Positions 52,245-61,401 of a stretch of DNA of 61,401 nt are shown here, piece by piece (position 1 is the first letter of the stretch; each line of letters begins with the position of its first letter). A program made the translations under genes and the position numbers. This DNA is from Trichinella spiralis (lineage: Eukaryota). Location of the stretch: NCBI RefSeq assembly GCF_000181795.1, contig NW_003526945.1:6140573-6201973 (forward strand), in the 5' to 3' direction. Under the pieces are notes generated by a model. That model had not been told where the DNA came from and did no database searches. It was given only the letters and a program-made list of their open reading frames with translations.

Positions 52245-54878
52245 ATGGCAACAGAAATGGAATCTGATGCCCAAATTCCCATTTTAATTCTTGGTACTTT
52301 TTAAATAGTTTGTTTTGGAGTTTTTTTAATTAAAAATGTTCTTAATGTTGAAGGAGAAGACGTTAAGCGTGAAAGTGGCGACAACGTTCGTCTGAACAAC
52401 ATCAACTCTGCTGCAGTACGTTTCACTTCTACATCGTTATAATAGAAACGAATGTTTTCTTGTCTTCTCATCTTGCATTTTAACAGTGTTAATGATGTTT
52501 ATTAATTTTTTGAGAAATTATTGCAAAGTTTTTTTTCTTTATAACGCTTTAAATTCTTTTTTAAATTTTTCGGTACTGATTCTTTAGTGGTTTCTGTTCG
52601 TTTCGTTGTTTTATAACGTTTGGGCCTTCTTCGTCTGTTGATTCCGTTTGTTTTAGGCTATCGCTGACGTTATTCGTACATGTCTTGGTCCACGAGCGAT
52701 GTTAAAAGTTGGTTTATTTTTCACTCCTGTTCAATTATTAAATAAAGAAATGTTAATTTATATTGATTATATAGATGGTGATTGACGGAATGGGTGGAAT
52801 TGCTATTACAAGCGATGGCAATGCAGTATTGCGTGAGGTAATTGGGTATTATTTTATTGGTTATTGAACATTGTTGACGATTGGTGTCCTTTTTACTTTA
52901 GCTCCAAGTCCAAGATGCGGCAGCAAAGGCGATGATTGAGGTCAGTCGTACTCAAGATCAAGAAACTGGTGACGGCACTACGTCCGTTATCATTTTAGGT
53001 TAGCCACTTCTTGACGCCTAATTCATTTATATTCGGAAACAACTTTCGAATTTCTTTTTTTCAGCTGCGGAATTTATGAGGGCTGTGAAACCGTTCCTAG
53101 AACAAGGCTTCCATCCAATTAAAATAATCACAACACTTCAGTCTATTCTCGATGATATTATCGTAGCGTTGAAAGATCAACTGAGGTTAAAAAAATTGTT
53201 AAACTAAATTTTTAATTTTTTTAAATATTTATAATTAATAATATGTATTTTTAGTCAGGAAATTGATGTGAATAATGAAGGTGAAGTATTGCGTATAGTT
53301 CAAAGCTGTTTGGGCACTAAACTTATGGAAAAATATATTCCTATGGCTACGAAAATGGCTATAGAAGCAACGAAGATCGTGATGGAAACTAGTGGCGGTA
53401 ATCGTAAAGAAATCGACATCAAACGTTTTGTTCGCATTGAAAAGGTAAAGATATTTATTAAAAACTTTCTCAAAACAGAGTTTTAATGTATGCTTTTAGA
53501 TTCCTGGTGGAAGCTTGTCTGATTCTGAACTTCTTAAAGGTGTTGTGTTGAACAAGGATGTTCTTCATCCGAAAATGCGTCGATACATTAAAAATCCTCG
53601 TATTATACTGTTGGACGGAGCCTTAGAGTTGAAAAAAGCGGAAAGCAAGGTAGTTTTGAAAATTTTCAATGTTGCACTGTGAATAATTGATATTGTGCTT
53701 TTGTAATATTAAGATGAGCATGAATGCGATAAATGTGGAAGAGATTTTACATCTTGAAGAGGTTGCTCTACGCGAAATGTGTGATGCTATTATTGCTTTG
53801 AAGCCAGATCTAGTGTTTACTGAAAAGGGATGCTCTGATTTGGTACTAGAATATTTAATGCGATCAAACATCTCCGTTATTCGGCGCATCAAAAAGACAG
53901 ATAACGACCGCCTATCTCGGTACTTGTTTACAAGTCAATATATAATTTAAAATGTGTATTTTTTAAAATATGTTGTAGCGTTTGTGGAGCGCAGATTGTG
54001 TCAGAGGTTTTTGATTTGAACGAAAGCGACGTTGGTACGAAGGCAACGCTGTTTGAAGTGGAACTGATTGGTCACGAGTTAGTTTTAAATCAGATTTCAG
54101 AAAAAAAGTATTTGTTGTTTTCAAAGGCGGTTTTTTTTTATTTTTAAGGTACTTTGCAAAAGTGGTGAATCATAATGATCCTCATGCTTGTACTTTGATT
54201 CTCCGTGGCGCAAACAAAGATCTGCTGAAAGAAATAGAGCGAAATTTTAACGATGCACTGAATGTGGTCCGCAACGTATACCTGAATCCGCGAGCCGTAC
54301 CCGGAGGTGGTGCAGTTGAGATGTGCTTAGGACACGTAAGCATTTTTTAGTGATAAAGTTTTCTTTTTTTGGATTATTTTACTTTTCAATGACGGTGATA
54401 TTTGAAGATATTGAAAAAGAAGGCGTTTGATAAAAAAGGCGTGGCGCAGTTTATTTACAATGCGATCGCGGATGCTTTTGAGGTTATTCCGCTGACTTTA
54501 TTAAGCAATTGTGATTCGAATCCAATTCGTGAGATCACTTCTCTTCGAGTAATAATTTTGAATATTAATTTTTCTAGACTGAACGGTTCATTTGTAATTT
54601 TTTAGGTGAAGTATGCGCAAGAAATAAGCACTTGGGGTGTCAATGGAATTAATGGAAGTTTGGTCGACATGCATACTTACAATGTATGGGATCCTTTGCT
54701 GGTTAAACAACAGATATACAAATCCGCTATTGAGGTATTACTTGTTTTTCATTGCAGCTCATTTTTAACATAAATATGGTGTAATTTTTTTCAGACAACA
54801 ATGATGATTCTGCGTATTGACGATATTGTGAGTGGTGTGAAATCCAAGCGCGATAACTCTGCAGGCCAAGTGCCGTAA
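52245..54878 (+). CDS. CCT3: T-complex protein 1 gamma subunit (CCT3)-like, divergent; about 14 exons
   Basis: KRESG, IADVIRTCLGP, GDGTTSVIIL, EIDIKRFVRIEKIPGG, NKDVLHPKMRRYIKNPRI, KPDLVFTEKG, RRIKKTDNDR, ACTLILRGA, VPGGGAVEM, LRIDDIVSG. Confidence 0.92.
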
Positions 54879-55414
54879 CTGAATGTTTCTAGTACTACAG
54901 GCATACAAATATGGAGGAGAATTTAAATAATAAAGAGATAATGATTATTTGTTGCCGCCTGAGTTTTTCATAATATCCGAACATTTTGGATTTTATATTC
55001 TGTAATCAGTGACAAACAGTATGCAAATTGAAACCAGTGTACTAAAATCAATGGAATCAATGGATCAACAATGAAATCAACTTTGTACTAAAACAAATTT
55101 TTTTCTCAGAGGGCAATTTCTCAGCAGTTTTGGTGAAATAACGTAAGTAATTATGAGTAAGTAATTGAACTGCGGTGTAACAGCTGAACAATTGTGTAAC
55201 GTTCTACAAAATTATTTATTGTTCAAGCAAATACGATGCTTATTTATTGTTAAGTAAATAATTGCACAAAATTATTTCACAGCAAAAATTTTTCATACAA
55301 CAAAATCGGGTAAAGCCGATTTTCTGCTATCTCCGCCCACTTTTTCTCAGTAAATTTTCATTGATTGCTGCTTTGACGCGCGCCTCCAAATTTCATTTGT
55401 TGTCACTACTCTGC

Positions 55415-55481
55415 ATTTTATTTGTCAAATATTATTTTATTCTATTTGTCAAATTTTATTTCATTTTATTAGTCAAATATT
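55415..55481. repeat. 24-bp tandem repeat, about 2.8 copies
   Basis: ATTTTATTTGTCAAATATTATTTT / ATTCTATTTGTCAAATTTTATTTC / ATTTTATTAGTCAAATATT. Confidence 0.8.
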
Positions 55482-58400
55482 GGTTTCCTATCTCGTGTTG
55501 CTGGCAATTGACTACCAACACATTTATTTGAATAAGCGGAACTTGTAATAGTTGAAGTGAAGAAGTAATGAGAATCAATTTTCAGATAAATTATAGATTT
55601 TCTCCATGTATTAAATATGTACAGTCTAAAAGAAAATTGTAAGAAAATAGCAACAAAGAATTATTTTAATTTGAATGTTTTTATGACAAGTTTGTGCAAA
55701 TGTACCATCTGAAAAAATATGGATCAGAAAAAGAAGAAAATGAACTTTGTAAAGTATTTGAATAATATTTAAAAATTATTTGTTGTACACAATTTAGAGT
55801 TCATTTCTATTTTACAATTGTAAAATTGGAATTGAACAATAACATCTACTTTAAATAATTTAACATTATGAGTGTTACTTTAAAAGCAACAATGCAGAGG
55901 GGTTACTTTAAATGGAAAATTGTTTAAAGCGTAAGCGTTTTAAAGTTACAACAGCTTTCGATTGCAGTGTTCGTCAGTTGTAATCCAGTTTCGTTTGAAG
56001 TTGGTGCGAAATGTTTAGTTTTTTGCGCTTTGCCAAGGTATGCGCTGTTTTAAAAACCACATATATAACTTACCTGGCAATGAAGATGTGGAAGAATGGA
56101 AAGAAGGAAAAGACTATGATGAAAGATCTCGAAACCAGCTCGGACCAATTTGAAATTAGAAATGTAAATCCAGTCGCTGAAATATCTGGAAAACAGAAAA
56201 AATTGTGTGACACAGCTTAATCATTTCCTTGCTGCCGCTGCTTTGATAATTTATTTTCGAAATCTAGCTGCTATTGACAATTCTCTCTTTCTTCGGCATA
56301 AAATTTAATCTGACCAACGCACATGTTTATCCAAACGTTCTTGAATTCAAAGATTAATTTTAATTTGTCAAAATATAATTTGACATCTCATCATCAGAAT
56401 TCAATGTAAAAATTGAATTATTGCATTATATTTTTAATTTAATTTGAACACTGCAGCAGCATTTCTTTGATCAAAATTTACATATCATCAATATCACTAC
56501 AGGCAGTATAATATTACGCTTTATTATCTATCATTTTGTAAATACTAAATTATTGTATCGAAGTGCATGATCAGATGGATAGTTGAATATGTTGGACTGT
56601 TTTTAGATATGATATTGGCATTTCTGTTTAGGTGATGTTGAAGTTTTGTTGATTTTTATAAACTATTGCCTTTTAACTGTGTGCTTTTTAGGACAAGCAA
56701 ATTTTCTTTCTGTTAATATTTTATCCTGCTGAACGATTTCAGAATTGTCAAGCGTTGCGTAATTCGACGTCAGGGATAGCAGAACTCTTTAAACGCTACC
56801 CTCAATTATTTCATTGGCGGAGGGATGAGAGTACTGCATTTTCCATATGCAGCTCATTGAAGATGAATACAAACAGCATTGTGACGTGATTGAGAAATCC
56901 AGAACAAGCGAAATGGTAAAACAAATTTTGTTGTATTCTGTTCATTCTGTTCATTTGCATTCTGTTTAAAATATTGGATTGATTTATCATCATGCATGCA
57001 TTAGGGCATGACATGTTATATGGGAGCAATCTGAATTCATGTAACAAGCGTATTTATGTTTAATTTTCTAGCAGTTGTATGCAGTATGGATATAATGTGT
57101 TCTGTTTGTTGAATTAAGTCACCGACTACCATGATCATGCAATTCATAAGTTCATACAATGTCCAAGCAGAAAAATCTTAGTATTAATTGTTAATTGTAT
57201 GTATGTAATTGTTTTCATGAATCGCAATAATTCATCAATATTGTTTGCCTTCATTTCAAGCTGAGTTTAATTTCAAGATATGCATTACTATATTCTTTTA
57301 AAAGTAAATTGTTTTCATTTTGTTGCTATTATCAAAATGCTTACAGTGCACAAAAAATTAAATTTTGTATTACTTTATTTTTTATGTGACGTTATTTTGA
57401 AAGTTGTTCTAGCTATTGTTTTTCTATTTCTAGCTAAAAATGAACGAGATTCGTGACTTAATATATTCCAGTAGGTAAACACGTTGAAAACCGCCATTAG
57501 TATGACATAGCGAAGATATAAAAAATAAAAGGAACATCACTAATAGACAGGATAGTTCTTAACAGGAATAAACAGGATGCTTCTAAAAACGCGCGCCGCA
57601 TTGTAAAATAATTTGCTGATAAATTCAATCAATACTGTTCCAACTCAATATGTAAATTTTGAATAACACCTAATTGTTTAGGCATTTGACATTTACAGAA
57701 GGGATTAGATTCGATTTACAGACGGGACAGACCTATTAAAATAAGCATCTTTTATTGCTGTAAACATTGATACTTCCATCGTGAAAATTAATCAAACGAT
57801 TTTATATGCACACATATTGCACTTTTATCTTTCATTCCTTTCTATTTCAACGTCGTTTACGTCCAATTTTCAGTTTTACTATTTTGGTACATCTCAAGAA
57901 ATACGCAATCAAAATCAGAGCAGAAAAGTTCATAGCAGTGCTCGCCTGCAAATAAATAATGGAATAACATTACACACAACATAATGGTATACAAAGTTCT
58001 TCAACACAGCAATAATGCCATGCTATTCAGTGCCCTCACTCCTTGATTTCCATTACTATGATTTCAGCCCATTAGAAAATTTGATGATAGCCCGGTAAAG
58101 ACATATCGACGACAAAAGCGAGCTATTCAAGTCTGAAATTACACACTGAAAAGAAAATGGGAAAACGTACAACTTCCACATTATCAACATGAACCAATAT
58201 TTATTAAAATCCGACTGTCTTATCGAATGCCGAGTATACGTTTGATATTTTCGAAAAACAATTATATCATTGAATTCTATGCAGTTCATGATCTTAATGA
58301 TTCATTGGGCATCTCAATGATACCTAGCATGTCGCTGTTTGATTGCATTTTCGTCCAGTACATCATAATGAAATCATGCTTATACAAATGAGCTTTAAAT

Positions 58401-59182
58401 CTTGTATTTTGTCAAAATAATTAATTTCAAAGGATGAAAATAGAATACATTAACAATTTATGAAAAATAAATGCGCCTATAATTAGTATTTATTCTAATT
58501 TTTCGGCATATTTTTATGTAGGCTAAGTACAAGAACAGGTGTGCCTCTGGGAAAGTAAAACGTATTAATGAATTCTTTTCCTATATATGGAAACAATATT
58601 GTACAATTATTAATTACAGATGCTATGAATTATTCTCAATTGATTATTTAATTAGATATTTGACAGAATTGCTTGTTTGGAAACGTATCATTGATTGAGA
58701 GAAATAATGCAATGTATTATGAAAAGAGTAATTCATAGGTATCATTTCAATTAATAGTTATATATCTATTGTGAGCAATCAATAAAAATGCGTAACTAAA
58801 AAATCAAACTTCAAGGTAAGTGTAAACAAAAATGAATTTCAGGTAAAAATGTGATTAGAGTCAGCCCACATATAGAGGGTCTAGGTTGTAGTTATATCAT
58901 ATCTATTTATATATATGTATGGTCATGGATTTTAGTAAGATGCGATATAAGATGTCCTATCGGATTGCTCTGATTAATAAGGCATTAGTACGCAACAGAA
59001 TTGACTATATCTCATCAAATTCGTAAATCTACAGTCTCCGTACAACCCGTAGTGGGGAATTTATATTGTATGATCAATAGAAATCATTTTGGCAAGAATT
59101 TAAAGGCTGGGTAATTCCAAAAAGCAAGGGTATAGCCTTTGTGTGGGTTGCGATTGTTGAGGGTAGGCTTAGGATACAAAGT

Positions 59183-59324
59183 NNNNNNNNNNNNNNNNNN
59201 NNNNNNNNNNNNNNNNNNNNNNNNNNNNNNNNNNNNNNNNNNNNNNNNNNNNNNNNNNNNNNNNNNNNNNNNNNNNNNNNNNNNNNNNNNNNNNNNNNNN
59301 NNNNNNNNNNNNNNNNNNNNNNNN
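59183..59324. other. Assembly gap (N run)
   Basis: Run of n. Confidence 1.
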
Positions 59325-60069
59325 AACGCACCTTACTGATGATAAGGCGCGTTATAGCGATAGTTATTTGCATAATGCAGCGTTAGAAACCCGGTTTTTA
59401 GTGCGTTAAAACTTTTCGCTGAAGATAAATTCTTACTAAGCCGCGTTGGAATATGAACAGAAGAAATGCACCGTTAAATTCTATCAATAAGGAAAGGGCT
59501 ATTTGAAAATTCAAAAATGACCTTGACATTTAAACTTCAGTCAAAATATAAACTATCTGACAAAAAACGCCATAACAAAACTAAATTGACTTAGACAAAA
59601 CACACCTACGTATTTCTGAAAAATTTTCTTAAGTCAGAAAACTAACTAGCTCAATTGAAGCTAATTTTAAGTGAACAATTTTCAGGCAAAAGCTTGCTTA
59701 TGGTCAATTAAAAGTGCATGTTAGCTACTGCAAAGGTGATTTTCGAAAAATCGTATTTTAATAATAGATAAACAATGCGTACAGGGTGTTTTTAACCAAT
59801 ATCGATTCTCTATTGTATTGTTAAGTGATTATGACTTAAAAATGAAAAAACTGCTACTTACTGCTAAATGCGCCATTTTCTCATCGTTAATGTTCATTGT
59901 CTTTGAAAGTTGATTAAAAATTATTTTTCAGAAATTGTTCCAAAAAATAATAATGAATAAAAAGCAAAAATAGTGTTTCGCATCAATGTTTGTCTTCAGT
60001 CAATTTTCCCAATGAAAACGCTGAGCTACCATCCACGGAACGGGCCCTCAACTAAAATGATTTTCCCAT
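59325..60069. repeat. Dispersed repeat family, segments A and B, lying between two gaps
   Basis: 59326-59608 matches 60370-60738 and 59719-60069 matches 1-345. Confidence 0.88.
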
Positions 60070-60079
60070 NNNNNNNNNN
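60070..60079. other. Assembly gap (N run)
   Basis: Run of n. Confidence 1.
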
Positions 60080-60369
60080 TTTTCATTTCTTCTTTTCTTC
60101 ATGATCATATCTGTAAAATGGTAAATGTTAAATCAAAATTTTTCGCACTTTATTACACAGTGGAATTAAAAAATTGATCAAAGAATTTTCAAATAAAAGA
60201 AGTAACTGATTTTCAATTAAGCATAACGTTAACAAAATGATTATACATGGAGAGTTTCGAAAAAAAAGTAAGTACTTTCAACGATTAAAAACCGACTTCA
60301 GTAGTTACCTAACGCCTACGTTTGACGTTTGGCGATGCTGCTACTTGCCACGCAAGTCAAACAAACAAG

Positions 60370-60780
60370 CGCACCATTACTGACTGATGATAAAGCAATT
60401 TTCAAACGATCCTTATTTGCATACTGTAGCGCTAGAAACCGGTTTGAGCTGATTGGAAAATTTTCTGGACGAGGAATTAATTCTAATCGAACGCTATGAA
60501 ATTAGGATATCGCTATGAAATCTCAAGCACAGCGAACCGCTTATCTAGCGAATGAAAAGCATTAGATGAAACTCATTTCAATTTACTTGAAAAGGGAGTT
60601 GGAATGCACAATTAAAGTCAACCATTGTGGACTGTTTAAAAATTCAGAAATGACCTTGACATTTAAAATTCAGTCAAAATATAAACTATACGATAGAATG
60701 CCATAACAAACAAAAATTGACTTAGTCAAAACACGCCTCTGCATGTCTGAAATTCAGATTTGAAAATTCAAAAATGACCT
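60370..60780. repeat. Dispersed repeat family, diverged segment A copy
   Basis: Shares CGCACC..TACTGA, TTATTTGCATA.TG.AGCG.TAGAAACC and AATTCA.AAATGACCTTGACATTTAAA.TTCAGTCAAAATATAAACTAT...AATTGACTTAG.CAAAACAC.CCT with 59326-59608. Confidence 0.85.
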
Positions 60781-61401
60781 ACATAAATGGAACTCATCGC
60801 AAAATCTTTTCACTAAATTATAAGCACATTGGCTGCGTATGCTGACCAACAAAGTTATTCAAACAAAAAATGTAATTTACCAAATGTCTGCTGCGAAATT
60901 TGAAACAATAATATAAAGTGATAATAAAGTTATTTAACTTTCAATCTTTCTAAAGATGAAGTCTTACGTAATCTTAACATAATATGAAAAACAAAAATTA
61001 CAGTTTTACAGTGAAAAAATCTTATATCTAACATGCTACAAACTTGGGCAATTTTATTAAGCTAAGGAATAACTTCACCTGTTCGAAGTATCCTTAGCCC
61101 TGCTACACAGATCTACAATAAATCGCATTTACCTCTTGTTTTCTACTGTTCTGCTTCGTGTCGTCCGCGTTTTCACATTTTCCTTGCTCCATTCTTTAAA
61201 CCTGTAATAATGATATTAAATCAAAACTGACCTCACTTTATCACAAAGTAGATTAAACAAAATTAATAATTAACTGCTATTTAATTAAAAAGACATTGTT
61301 TACAAATGAGTACACAAGTTTTAAAAAAAATAAAAAGCAAGAAAATGGAATACTTTTTTAGTATTCTGAAATCGGACTTCAGCAGCTACTACGCTATATG
61401 A

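Noticed and set aside
55415..55481. CRISPR-like repeat
   Set aside because: Contiguous tandem units without spacers, in a eukaryotic context.
59336..59345. CTGATGA as hammerhead core or C/D box (also near 60385 and 400)
   Set aside because: No flanking stems with GAAA and cleavage triplet, and no terminal stem with D box, could be built.
59074..59386. ORFs containing X runs
   Set aside because: Artefacts of translating the N gap.
61078..61202. Possible minus-strand exon near the window end
   Set aside because: Splice-like sites are present but the segment is short, has no recognisable homology and no partner exon could be confirmed.

Overview
AT-rich eukaryotic genomic DNA with many short GT-AG introns and TTTCAG/TTTTAG acceptors. 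Gene content and style point to a nematode, most likely a clade I parasite such as Trichinella (inference, not proven). Spliced genes reconstructed by hand: GCN2/EIF2AK4 (-); a tight same-strand trio of EB1, a FOP/CEP43-like LisH gene and AP-3 sigma (+); endospanin/LEPROT (-); two head-to-head GnT-I/MGAT1 paralogues; a tandem double-RGS protein (-); an unrecognised secreted protein with two CBM14-like Cys modules and Tyr/Pro- and Gly/Ala/Pro-rich tails (-); an M14 zinc carboxypeptidase (+); a signal-peptide globin (+); RMDN1 (-); and a divergent CCT3 (+). A dispersed repeat family occurs at both window ends, with two assembly gaps near the right end. No tRNA, rRNA, CRISPR array or transposase was recognised. 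The best leads are the candidate EB1-FOP operon (partners of one centrosomal complex), the secreted globin with a Tyr/Leu/Phe distal pocket, the modular secreted protein, the uORF-loaded MGAT1 leader and an unannotated small RVxF-motif gene. All exon models are manual and need RNA-seq confirmation.
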